This document shows positions 8,152-17,456 of a DNA stretch of 64,000 nt, in pieces. This stretch comes from Candidatus Heimdallarchaeota archaeon (GTDB lineage: Archaea > Asgardarchaeota > Heimdallarchaeia > Hodarchaeales > Hodarchaeaceae), in the NCBI GenBank assembly GCA_020353515.1, contig CP070695.1, positions 3,009,428-3,073,427 on the forward strand, read 5' to 3'. The notes beneath the pieces were generated by a model, which saw only the letters and a program-made list of their open reading frames with translations, ran no database searches and was not told where the DNA came from. Made by a program: the position numbers and the translations under genes. The stretch's first letter is position 1, and every line of letters starts with the position of its first letter.

Positions 8152-10491
8152 TCATTTTACAATCCCTCTTCTCTTTTTAAATATAAGACCCACTAAAACA
8201 AGAGTAGTTACCACAGGAAGCATAAGCCAGGAAGTATCCTGACTCGAGGTTTGACCGCTCATGTCACTTGAAACAGAACTCTCTTGACTTAAGGTTTGAT
8301 CTTGTTGGAAATCTGTAATGAAACTATCTATAATGTCATTGCTAATACGTCTCGCATTGTATTCATCTTGCCTAGCGGTAGTAACTATTACTAAGTCATG
8401 TTCTGGGAAGATCTGAATTGTTTGTCCGCCATATCCAAGAGCAAAGTAATAATCTCCTCTTTCTGCACTAGTACTAACCCAGAATTGATACCCGTAACCT
8501 GGAGGATAGACAAATCCTCTTCGAGGTAACCCATCTATGTGATCGTGTGAAGATTTAGTGATCCAATCAGATGATATGATCTGATTACCATTCCATGTTC
8601 CGTTATTCAAGTATAGCTGTCCAAATTTCGCCATATTCCGAGGAGTCATGAATAATCCGATTCCCCCATAATTTATTCCATCTGAACCAGCCATCCATAC
8701 AACATCCAACTCCTCGATACCTAAAGGTTCGAAAAAGTATTTTAGAGCAAACTCGAATGTAGAATATCCGGTTGTTTCTTCAATTATCGCTGATAATATT
8801 TGAGAAGCACCTGAATTATAATTATATTCGCTACCAGGATTAGCTATCATTGGCTTCGAAAGGACATACTCTACGCTATCTTCTGATACTGCTAAGCCTT
8901 CCCAAAAATCTGTTTGGTCTTCCCATTCCATCCCTGTGGTCATAGTTAATAGATGGTGCAACGTCATGGCTTCTTTACGCGAATCGATGTTATCAAATGT
9001 TTTATCAGGAAAAAAGTCGAGGACTAACTGTTCTGTGTCTTGAATAAATCCTTTATCGATAGCAATTCCAATCATCGCTGATGAGAATGATTTAGTTGCT
9101 GAGAAATGTGTGTGTTTTAATTCGCGAGTATATTCTTGGCATTCATCATCATAAAAGTATTTCTCAAATACTAATTTACCAGATCGAATTACAAGAAGAG
9201 AATGGAGATTATGATAATCAAGATTATTTAACCAGTCCAGATTTTGATATAATCTTGTAGAGTTGATATTTTGTTCCTCTAGACTTGAAGTAGGCCATTC
9301 ATCAATGGGTTTATCAATAGTAAGGGAGGGATGATCTCCCCATAATTTCACTGTCCAATCCCAACTTGCTGAAGCGAGAATTGTGCCATCCATTGAGAAT
9401 TTTACTGATTCGATGGTGTTTCTATGCCCTGTTAGAGTGTTAATAATTATTCTATCAGAAATATTCCAAAGCTGGATTGAACAGTTATGCATTTCTCCAA
9501 AGGTAAGCCAGTAACGGTCAGGCCATGTTAAAGATGGATCAATCGCAACGGCGAGAGTGGAATCATCGGGGGAAAGAGCAATAGACCAAATAGACTGACC
9601 AATACTGATTTCATGAATAATGTTTCCTGTAGAAACGTTCCAAAGTTTTACTGTTTTATCCAAACTTCCAGAAATGATTATTGTCTCCTCATTGGAAAAT
9701 GTGATTGAAGTTATCTTGTCATTGTGATTAGCATATGAACGTAATTCTAAACCTGAAGATACATCCCATAGCCTGATGCTTTTATCCCAAGATCCAGAGA
9801 TTAACCTTGACCCATTTTTTGAGAAAGCAACTGAGGATACAGAATCAGAATGACCAGTGAAATTACGTAAAACTTCCCCAGTGCTCGCATTCAAAAGTCG
9901 AAGAAGCTTATCTGGTTGATTACCCTGTTTCACATCAACCATCCATTCACCACCTCCTACTGCTAGTGTTTTACCATCAGGAGACCATTTTATATCAATG
10001 ACTCCATGTGGAAACATAGACCAAGAATTCAGGTGTTCCCCAGAAGAGACATTCCACAGATTAATTTTATTATCAATCCCTCCAGAAGCTAACATCTCAC
10101 CTGAAGGGGAGAAATCTAATGTAATGATACCATAGTGGTGTCTGTTCAGTACATGTAAAATTTTACCATCAGTTAAGTTCCACAAGCAGATTGTTCCGTC
10201 AGAAGAACCTGAAGCGAGAATAGGGGCAACTGGTGAAAAAGCTACCTCCCGTACCCGCCAGCCATGGCCAGTTAGGTTAGCAAAATTATTAAAAATACTA
10301 TTCGAGATGGAGCAAGATTCTATAATTGTGTTATCTATAGTGTTTGCTTGCAGTTGATTTGTATCGCTAATATCATTAGTTTTTACGCTATTAATACTTA
10401 TAAATGGTGAAAGAAAGACTATAATAAAGAAAGAAGTACTTAAACCTATTTTTTTTAATCGTTTCATAATTTCACAACCAGTTCTGAACAT
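8152..10491 (-). CDS. Secreted, C-terminally anchored WD40-repeat / serine hydrolase (beta-lactamase fold) fusion
   Basis: N-terminal signal-like segment (true start possibly 10467, MKRLKK); about 7 WD40 repeats (GH...V..VAFSP...LASGS.D.TI.LW); SxxK motif SATK, LLTMTTG, YNYNS, YGYQFW, ALGYGGQ; Ser-rich linker, TM helix and KKRR tail. Confidence 0.85.
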   Translation of the reverse strand: MFRTGCEIMKRLKKIGLSTSFFIIVFLSPFISINSVKTNDISDTNQLQANTIDNTIIESCSISNSIFNNFANLTGHGWRVREVAFSPVAPILASGSSDGTICLWNLTDGKILHVLNRHHYGIITLDFSPSGEMLASGGIDNKINLWNVSSGEHLNSWSMFPHGVIDIKWSPDGKTLAVGGGEWMVDVKQGNQPDKLLRLLNASTGEVLRNFTGHSDSVSSVAFSKNGSRLISGSWDKSIRLWDVSSGLELRSYANHNDKITSITFSNEETIIISGSLDKTVKLWNVSTGNIIHEISIGQSIWSIALSPDDSTLAVAIDPSLTWPDRYWLTFGEMHNCSIQLWNISDRIIINTLTGHRNTIESVKFSMDGTILASASWDWTVKLWGDHPSLTIDKPIDEWPTSSLEEQNINSTRLYQNLDWLNNLDYHNLHSLLVIRSGKLVFEKYFYDDECQEYTRELKHTHFSATKSFSSAMIGIAIDKGFIQDTEQLVLDFFPDKTFDNIDSRKEAMTLHHLLTMTTGMEWEDQTDFWEGLAVSEDSVEYVLSKPMIANPGSEYNYNSGASQILSAIIEETTGYSTFEFALKYFFEPLGIEELDVVWMAGSDGINYGGIGLFMTPRNMAKFGQLYLNNGTWNGNQIISSDWITKSSHDHIDGLPRRGFVYPPGYGYQFWVSTSAERGDYYFALGYGGQTIQIFPEHDLVIVTTARQDEYNARRISNDIIDSFITDFQQDQTLSQESSVSSDMSGQTSSQDTSWLMLPVVTTLVLVGLIFKKRRGIVK

Positions 10492-10611
10492 TTATTATTA
10501 GTAAATTAATTTTATTTTTTTTTTCAACACATGGTCTTTTTCCCCAAAAAGTTATAATGATTATAAAAATTTTATTAATAGGGCAATGCAAAGTAAAAAC
10601 TAGTCTAGAAA

Positions 10612-12099
10612 TTGAAGATCAACTCTAAAAAAGGTATCATAATGAACGATTTTCAGGACATTATCATTAAAGAATCTGATCCTGTTAAGATCGTTGACAC
10701 AGATAAATGGGTTGAAATTATTTTCGATTCTAACTATTTTTCCATAATTAAGCTTCTAAATGAAGGTTACAAAACCATTGAAGAAATGCATTGCGAATTT
10801 AATAGAAAAAAAGATGTAATTGCTAAGAGCACTCTATACAGACACGTTAGATTCTTGATCGATAATGAATTCGTCATTAAATCTGGACGAAGAATAAAAA
10901 AGGGTCAGAGTGCTACAGAAAATTTATATGGAACGGCAGGGAGATTATTTCTGCCGGAAAATCCGTGGAAAAAAATATGGCACTCTAGTAGTGGTATCGA
11001 GATTAGTCAGATTGTCGGTAGGATGATAAAACATCATTTTAACAATAAAAATCCACATCTGCATCGGCTTTATAAATTCATTAAGGAGCAGGAGGATGCT
11101 TTTTCCCAAACAGCATTAGCTGTAGTTGAAAAAATAACTCAAATTAATTCCATAATAGAGGATAAAAGGGTAAAAAAGGAACAAGAAAAGGCGGATCTGG
11201 CTCTTGCTGCTGTCAACAAGCTAACAGGTGATGATGCAATTGTTTTTTTCACTCTTATAGGTTGGATAACTTGGTTTATTGAGAAGGAGAATTATAAACA
11301 ATTCATTTCTGACTTAAAAGAGTGTTTTTCAGATGATTCACCCCTAATTCACAAAGCAGTAGAAAAAATAGAGATACAAAGTAATAAATCATCAAATCAA
11401 GATTATATCATGCGTAAACAACAAACTGTCAAATTCATTCCTAGTGAGCTAGTCCCAAAATACTTCTATGAAATAAATTATCGAGCAATCTTGTATATAC
11501 TCGAATCTTCTAGTATACCAATGACAATAAAAGAAATACATGCATTACATTACGATACGATCAGTAAAATCAGTGAGGACGAAAAACAATCTAATCTGGA
11601 GTATGACCCGCAACCTGTTCTATTCCGAACACATAAACCAAAAGCCGAGAACACAGTATACCGATATGTACAGGACTTGATCCAGAATGGACTAGTTATT
11701 GAAGCTGGCCGACGAATGTATCCAGAAAAACCTTTTACTCAGATACTTTATACAACTGCTGCTGAATTTTTCATACTTTTAGAAAACAGCGATGAATTCT
11801 GGAAGTACGACGGATGGAGGCAGGTTATCCGTGCGCTTGCGTTCGCAGTGAGGTGTTACTTAGACAAAAAGACCGTGGATCACGAAAAATTCTACAATTT
11901 GGTTACAAATATGGAGAAAGCAAGGTTAAAGCTCCTGAAAAAATTTTTAGCTAGTTCAGAAATCCCATATTTGAGACAGATAAAACCCCATGAAAAACCC
12001 AATGCAGCTATTAGAATCTTGGGACTGATAGGGTGGTTCCTTATGGAAGAGGATAAGGAGAACCTCCAAAAACAATTATTGTCATGTTTTTCAGATTAG
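10612..12099 (+). CDS. Transcriptional regulator with two tandem winged-helix-containing repeats
   Basis: Two ~245-aa halves: KSTLYRHVRFLIDNEFVIKSGRR...LYGTAGRLF vs ENTVYRYVQDLIQNGLVIEAGRR...LYTTAAEFF, both ending in LxxCFSD. The start may be 10642. Confidence 0.7.
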   Translation: MKINSKKGIIMNDFQDIIIKESDPVKIVDTDKWVEIIFDSNYFSIIKLLNEGYKTIEEMHCEFNRKKDVIAKSTLYRHVRFLIDNEFVIKSGRRIKKGQSATENLYGTAGRLFLPENPWKKIWHSSSGIEISQIVGRMIKHHFNNKNPHLHRLYKFIKEQEDAFSQTALAVVEKITQINSIIEDKRVKKEQEKADLALAAVNKLTGDDAIVFFTLIGWITWFIEKENYKQFISDLKECFSDDSPLIHKAVEKIEIQSNKSSNQDYIMRKQQTVKFIPSELVPKYFYEINYRAILYILESSSIPMTIKEIHALHYDTISKISEDEKQSNLEYDPQPVLFRTHKPKAENTVYRYVQDLIQNGLVIEAGRRMYPEKPFTQILYTTAAEFFILLENSDEFWKYDGWRQVIRALAFAVRCYLDKKTVDHEKFYNLVTNMEKARLKLLKKFLASSEIPYLRQIKPHEKPNAAIRILGLIGWFLMEEDKENLQKQLLSCFSD

Positions 12100-12166
12100 A
12101 TTTAGGACTAATCAGTCAAATTAAGATAGAGTACTTATAAGTCTAGCAAGTTAAGGATTCTTATTT

Positions 12167-12742
12167 TCATTGAGACTTATGCAATCTAATAACTGTCATA
12201 AACTCTGCTAATGGTGTCAAATCAGTAGCAGCAAGACTGTCTTCCTTCGAATCCCAACCAAATCCCATTTTCGCTTCTCGGGGAAGTTTTTCAATCATCC
12301 ATTCAATAAATTGAATCTTCTCTGAGGTATCTTCAATTATTTCTACTCTTGGGTGAAAAGTTTGGAATCCAACTTGAACTCGTACCTTCTCAGGATTAGC
12401 CCGAATATTTCTAACCCAATCGGTTCTCTCTCCGAGAGCAGCGGAAATATGGATTACTCCGTTTATTCTATGAAATTCTAGTGGATTTCGCCTTGTCTTA
12501 CCAGTTCGACGACCAATAGTAGTGAGTAACAGAAATAGCCAGCCAAACCCGAATAAAGGTAATATACGGAGACGATAGAGCGGAATTACAATTTTGTTCA
12601 ATCTTTTCAGCCATTTATAAGACCGTGGGAGTTCTCTTCCCTTATGATGCATTAATCGATCCATATACGTGCCTGGTTTTGGGAATGTGACTCTCTTTTT
12701 CGGGGAAGGAGATTGAGATTGATTCAACTCTATCAACTGCAC
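12167..12742 (-). CDS. Deazaflavin (F420H2)-dependent nitroreductase family protein
   Basis: LLLTTIGRRTGKTRRNPL and DWVRNIRANP.V.V motifs. Confidence 0.85.
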   Translation of the reverse strand: MQLIELNQSQSPSPKKRVTFPKPGTYMDRLMHHKGRELPRSYKWLKRLNKIVIPLYRLRILPLFGFGWLFLLLTTIGRRTGKTRRNPLEFHRINGVIHISAALGERTDWVRNIRANPEKVRVQVGFQTFHPRVEIIEDTSEKIQFIEWMIEKLPREAKMGFGWDSKEDSLAATDLTPLAEFMTVIRLHKSQ

Positions 12743-12889
12743 GAGAATGATTAAATATTAAAAGAATATTTTATATTAGGGTTTATTTAGTCACTTATTT
12801 TAATAACATTGGCTGATTATAGAATATTGATTTTTAATCTGGATTACTTACAAAATATGGTTTTAGTATCTAAATCTTTGGTGAATAAG

Positions 12890-13786
12890 ATGATAATTGA
12901 TACTCATTGTCACTTATGGGAAGGGGAATTAGTATTAGAGGATTTACGCAATTATCTTACCTCTATGGCAAAGCTACTTAAAGCTGATCCCAAATTGGTC
13001 TTGGATGGAAGGGCAGAAAGATTAGTGGATGAAATGAACACTGCAGGAATCGATAAAACAGTGATACTTGCCCTTGATTATGAATTTCTCTTCCGAGGTC
13101 GGATTACTTTTCAGGAATATAATGACAAAGTCGCAGAAATGGTTAATCAATTTACTGACCGATTAATCGGTTTCGCTGGGATTGATCCTAGAAGAGGAGA
13201 GAAAGCTTTAGAAGAGCTTGAACGATGTACTGAAAAATTAGGCTTGAAAGGTGTAAAACTATGGCCTTTAACAGGATTCTATCCCGATGAAAAAGACTTC
13301 TATCCATTTTATAAGCTAGTAGAAGAAAAGAACATACCAATATTATGTCATACGGGTTCAGGACCTGTTAAAACGTATTTAAAATACTGTAGACCCGCTC
13401 ATGTTGACACTATTGCCGTAGATTTTCCAGATATGAAGATAATTATGGCTCATATGGGAGATCCTTGGGTCAGGGAAGCTCTTACCGTGGCCGCAAAAAA
13501 TCCGAATGTCTACACTGATATCTCGGCTTGGGAATCAGTCCTGAGATTCGCCCCTCTTATTTTCTGTCAAACTTTGATGGAAGCAAGAATGACATGTGGG
13601 ATAGACAAGATTGTGTTTGGTTCAGATTGGCCCTTATTCACTCCTGTAATGTCACTGGAGGAGTGGGTGAACGGAATAAAGAACCTAGAATTACCTCCTC
13701 CTCTTCAAATGATGGGAATGCCCGAATTTAGCGAAACGGAAAAAGAAAAAATCCTCGGTAAGAATGCTCAGAAGATTCTTCTATAG
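12890..13786 (+). CDS. Amidohydrolase family protein (Amidohydro_2)
   Basis: IIDTHCH metal motif, GLKGVKL.P, HTG, AHMG, FGSDWP, KILGKNA. Start moved from 12809 to ATG 12890 (GGTGA upstream). Confidence 0.9.
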   Translation: MIIDTHCHLWEGELVLEDLRNYLTSMAKLLKADPKLVLDGRAERLVDEMNTAGIDKTVILALDYEFLFRGRITFQEYNDKVAEMVNQFTDRLIGFAGIDPRRGEKALEELERCTEKLGLKGVKLWPLTGFYPDEKDFYPFYKLVEEKNIPILCHTGSGPVKTYLKYCRPAHVDTIAVDFPDMKIIMAHMGDPWVREALTVAAKNPNVYTDISAWESVLRFAPLIFCQTLMEARMTCGIDKIVFGSDWPLFTPVMSLEEWVNGIKNLELPPPLQMMGMPEFSETEKEKILGKNAQKILL

Positions 13787-13809
13787 AATAGAACTAAGGT
13801 GAGATTGCC

Positions 13810-14481
13810 ATGAGAGAACTCATCCGAAAAATAATTCATTTTCTCATTTTTTATCCAATATATTATTATATCTGGTTCTTCTTCCTTCGTCAAGATCTCC
13901 TTGAAAACACTCTTTTAATGGCCGTTATAATTCTATTTTTTGGAATCAATCTCATAGATATTCTCATTCGGCCGATGAGTGATCCTGAAGAACTCAAAGA
14001 TAAGTATACAATAGTAGTTCTGCTGTTTTTTCTAGGAGGCCCATTGATTCTACTGCTTGCGTTTTTTGAGAATCGGGAACTAATATCAAAAGTCTTACCA
14101 ATTTATGATAATCTTCTAATAAGCTACTTAGGTATTCTACTAATGATAATAGGTAGTATAATTATGTTGAGTAGTAGGTACCAGTTAAATAAACATAGCT
14201 ACGGAGGAGTGTCACTATCAGAGGAGAAGGAGCAAACATTACTAACCCAAGGAATGTTTAAGTATATTAGGCATCCGATTTATGCAGGAGGGCTAATTAT
14301 AACAATTGGACTCGAATTAGCATTTCGTAGTTTGATAATTCTATCCATTCACACATTAATTTTTTTTGTAATATTTCGAGATAGAATGCAACGTGAAGAA
14401 ACAGTGCTGCTAAATAAATTTGGAACCGAATATCAGACTTATCTCAATAAAACTAAAAGGTTAATTCCGTATGTCTACTGA
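13810..14481 (+). CDS. Isoprenylcysteine carboxyl methyltransferase (ICMT/PEMT) family membrane protein
   Basis: L.TQGMFKYIRHPIYAG, R..REE..L...FG.EY..Y...T.RLIP; multiple TMs. Confidence 0.88.
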   Translation: MRELIRKIIHFLIFYPIYYYIWFFFLRQDLLENTLLMAVIILFFGINLIDILIRPMSDPEELKDKYTIVVLLFFLGGPLILLLAFFENRELISKVLPIYDNLLISYLGILLMIIGSIIMLSSRYQLNKHSYGGVSLSEEKEQTLLTQGMFKYIRHPIYAGGLIITIGLELAFRSLIILSIHTLIFFVIFRDRMQREETVLLNKFGTEYQTYLNKTKRLIPYVY

Positions 14482-14520
14482 TTGTATCAGAAAGAAATTA
14501 AAATAAGGAGTATGAGAAAT

Positions 14521-14793
14521 ATGGCTTATGATATTAAATTAAAGGTAATAAAACAAGAAGGCCACTGTGTCGCTGGACACAAAGTTGGTGATGAGATCTT
14601 CATCTCTTTTGAAAAGAACGAGATCCAAGGGAAAATTTGTTTGCATGCACTCTATTCAATATTACCCAAAGTATATGCAATGGCGTATGGGGCTGAGTTT
14701 CCTTGGTTAGAAAATCCTGATGTTAATACACATGCGTGTCCCGATGCTTGGAACCCCTTAGTCTATGAAGTGAGAAGAATCAGAAGAGAGTAG
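14521..14793 (+). CDS. TIGR04076 family protein
   Basis: G.C.AGHKVGD, IC.HA..SI.P, GAEFPW, CPD; AAGGAG upstream of ATG 14521. Confidence 0.8.
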   Translation: MAYDIKLKVIKQEGHCVAGHKVGDEIFISFEKNEIQGKICLHALYSILPKVYAMAYGAEFPWLENPDVNTHACPDAWNPLVYEVRRIRRE

Positions 14794-14804
14794 GGATTCA
14801 CGAA

Positions 14805-15235
14805 TTACCAGATACGGGGAACTAATCGATATCTTACCTTCTTCTTATATTCAAGATACCCTTGCAGCTCCTCTTCCAAAGTTTTCTCTTCAAATATGAG
14901 GCGGAAAGACATTAAAACGATGAATATGAATGCTGGAACCAGAACAAGTAAGGACCCAAGAGATAACGTGACACCAATTAAATAATAGAATTACCTAAAT
15001 AGAGGAGATGTCGAACATATCTATAGGGCCCTGTTGAAAATACCTGTTGATCCTCTTGGACTTCAACTACTTTGGAAAGATAGGGATTTCCCTTCATAAC
15101 TAAAAAATAAATGAAAAGATCGATTGTTACTAAACCAAAGGTGCCTATACTAATTATTACAGGAATAGCAGATAATTCAAAACGAAAATCCAATCCTGTT
15201 ACTACTAATATAGAAAAAAGTGGGATGAGAGATGT
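14805..15235 (-). pseudogene. ICMT-family methyltransferase relic (5'-truncated, frameshifted)
   Basis: ORF 14978-15193 carries STGPYRYVRHLLYLG. After a frameshift near 14980 the sequence continues LIGVTLSLGS...RLIFEEKTLEEELQGYLEYKKKVRYRLVPRIW* to the stop at 14805. No N-terminus is found before the CPBP gene end. Confidence 0.8.
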
Positions 15236-15240
15236 CTGAT

Positions 15241-16014
15241 TTAAATGGATCCTATCAAGATTGCATACACAATTGGACCAAGCATTGTTCCTCCTATGTT
15301 CGTAGTCACATGTATGCCAATTGAGGGTAAGATACTACGATGTTTCTCTCTTAAAGAGGCTGCAAAATATCCTAAAGTTGTTGTCATAAGAAAAATAACG
15401 CTTACTGTTATAAGATCTGCCCCAAAAAATATTAAAGGTAGATGAATTGCACCAAAGAACATTGCACTGAAAATAACTGGATATGAGACATTTTGCTCAC
15501 CAATACTTATTTTCAAACCCTCTAAGGGATTCAGATAACCTTGTAACAAACCTCTGACGAAAATTTCTTCAGATATGCTGGCTAAAAACCAAATTAGGAG
15601 TACTTTTTCTCTAATTCCCAAATCATATAAAACAGGATTTCCACTGGCACCAGTTATGATAATGATTATTGAGGCAATTGAACCTATTACTAGTCCTAGT
15701 CCTATTATGACTCCCCATTTAAGTTCACCAATAGGTTTGTTCAATCCAGATTGTGTCAAATTTCCTTTAGTCAGAAGAACAATAATACCAAGAGAGAGAA
15801 AAAGAAACATTAAATCAGTTATTAACAATTTTGAAGCATTTCCTCCTTCTATAATTGGCCCATAAGCCTCATTGGTTAAAAATAGAGCCCCTATCTGAGA
15901 GACAACATAAATACCCAATCCGATTAAAAAAGCTGTAACTAATAGATTTAAAGATTTATAACTTCCTATTTCCTCCCCTAATGTCTTATCCTCATTTTTT
16001 TTGATATACATCAT
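15241..16014 (-). CDS. CPBP family intramembrane glutamic endopeptidase (Rce1/Abi-like)
   Basis: EEIFVRG, FGAIH and H...N (IHVTTN) motifs; multiple TMs. Confidence 0.9.
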   Translation of the reverse strand: MMYIKKNEDKTLGEEIGSYKSLNLLVTAFLIGLGIYVVSQIGALFLTNEAYGPIIEGGNASKLLITDLMFLFLSLGIIVLLTKGNLTQSGLNKPIGELKWGVIIGLGLVIGSIASIIIIITGASGNPVLYDLGIREKVLLIWFLASISEEIFVRGLLQGYLNPLEGLKISIGEQNVSYPVIFSAMFFGAIHLPLIFFGADLITVSVIFLMTTTLGYFAASLREKHRSILPSIGIHVTTNIGGTMLGPIVYAILIGSI

Positions 16015-16072
16015 ATTTTCTCCTAAAATATCCTATATACTGAATTTATTTGTTAAATAATCCATTATTATT

Positions 16073-16133
16073 CGTTTTGCTAATTATGCAAAACGTGTTT
16101 ATAAGCTTGATGCTTTTTGCAATAGGAGCAAAA
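16073..16133. promoter_or_regulatory. Two palindromic operators TTTTGC-N7-GCAAAA flanking a TATA-like box
   Basis: CGTTTTGC-taattat-GCAAAACG (16073-16095) and TTTTGC-aatagga-GCAAAA (16115-16133), with TTTATAA between them, in a divergent intergenic region. Confidence 0.65.
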
Positions 16134-16220
16134 CCAATAGAAATCTATTAAAGTATGAGTATAATTGTTAGATAATAACTAGCAACAGGTTTACTTACTG
16201 ATACTAACTTTAACGAGGAA

Positions 16221-17069
16221 ATGATAATGACAGCCTTTGATGAGTCAATAACTGATATAAAAATCGCGTTTAAGGTTTATTCAGAATACAAAAAAACCTA
16301 TATTTCGACATTTATAATATTTTTAACTGGAATTATTGTATTGGTCTTTACTGGTTTTTTTATTGCACGATTTGTTATTTTCGAAAACTATTTTCAATTT
16401 GAGAAGATCGTTAGATTGATTCTCCTGTTACTTACACCTTTGATTCTTCTTTTGGTATTTTTCTTACTTTTATCATACGCAAGGACTACTTTTGGTTTGA
16501 CAAATGATATAATGACATCTGGAGAATTGTTTACAGAATTCAAAAGAACTCTTACTTATTTTAAGAGATTTTGGTTATACTTTGCAGTTTTAACGTTACC
16601 TTATGTTTTAATTATTGTTGGGGATCAGATGTTCACTATATTTAATTTATTCGAACTAATTCATTCTCAAGATAGCAATCGTATATCTATTGTAACCATC
16701 AAGGTTCTCGTCTATTGTTTTGATTTGATACTCTACATCACTCTAATTGAGACATTTCCGAGTATTATTGTTGTTAGAAATCTGAAGCAATGTATTATCG
16801 AAAATTATTCAGTTGTACGCCAGAATTTAAAACGATTGATATTTTCAGTTGGGGGATATTACCTACTCTTTCGAGTACCAATGATTATTGTTGATATAGC
16901 TCGACTTCTAATAGTTACCAGTGAGGAAACCTTTCTATTATTCAATATGATTTTCTTAATCTTCGCTTTCATAAACGCATTGGTTGGCCTACCTATTCTT
17001 AGTTTAATTTCCACACGAATTTATAACACCACTATATTGAAAACAAAAGCCAATGGAATTGAATCTTAA
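16221..17069 (+). CDS. Hypothetical polytopic membrane protein
   Basis: About 6 hydrophobic segments; no recognised motif. Confidence 0.7.
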   Translation: MIMTAFDESITDIKIAFKVYSEYKKTYISTFIIFLTGIIVLVFTGFFIARFVIFENYFQFEKIVRLILLLLTPLILLLVFFLLLSYARTTFGLTNDIMTSGELFTEFKRTLTYFKRFWLYFAVLTLPYVLIIVGDQMFTIFNLFELIHSQDSNRISIVTIKVLVYCFDLILYITLIETFPSIIVVRNLKQCIIENYSVVRQNLKRLIFSVGGYYLLFRVPMIIVDIARLLIVTSEETFLLFNMIFLIFAFINALVGLPILSLISTRIYNTTILKTKANGIES

Positions 17070-17099
17070 GATTAATAATCTACTAGGATCTTTTTAGCG

Positions 17100-17432
17100 A
17101 TGTTTGAAAAACCTGAAGACCCTGATGAATCTTCTGATATTCCTAAAACAAAAGTAATCAGTGACCCTTCCGTTGTACCTGTTTTATTCCATAAACAGAA
17201 ACAAATAATCCTCAAATTATTACTTGGGAAAGAGTTCAACATCATGGAATTGAAACAGGAAACCAAGCTGAATCCTGGTACCATTAAAAGATATCTAGAT
17301 GATCTAGCTTCAAAAGAATTAGTTACACTTACTCGTAAGGTACAGAATGAATATGGATTCTTTCTTAAATATTACCGTGCAACAGCACAATCCTTTGTTA
17401 TCCATATAGAGTGGCCTTCAGATGTACTTTAG
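17100..17432 (+). CDS. ArsR-like winged-helix transcriptional regulator
   Basis: KQIILKLL..KEFNIMELK..TKLNPGTIKRYLDDL...ELV...KYYRATA. Confidence 0.85.
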   Translation: MFEKPEDPDESSDIPKTKVISDPSVVPVLFHKQKQIILKLLLGKEFNIMELKQETKLNPGTIKRYLDDLASKELVTLTRKVQNEYGFFLKYYRATAQSFVIHIEWPSDVL

Positions 17433-17456
17433 TACTTTATAAATTAGGCCTGTGTT

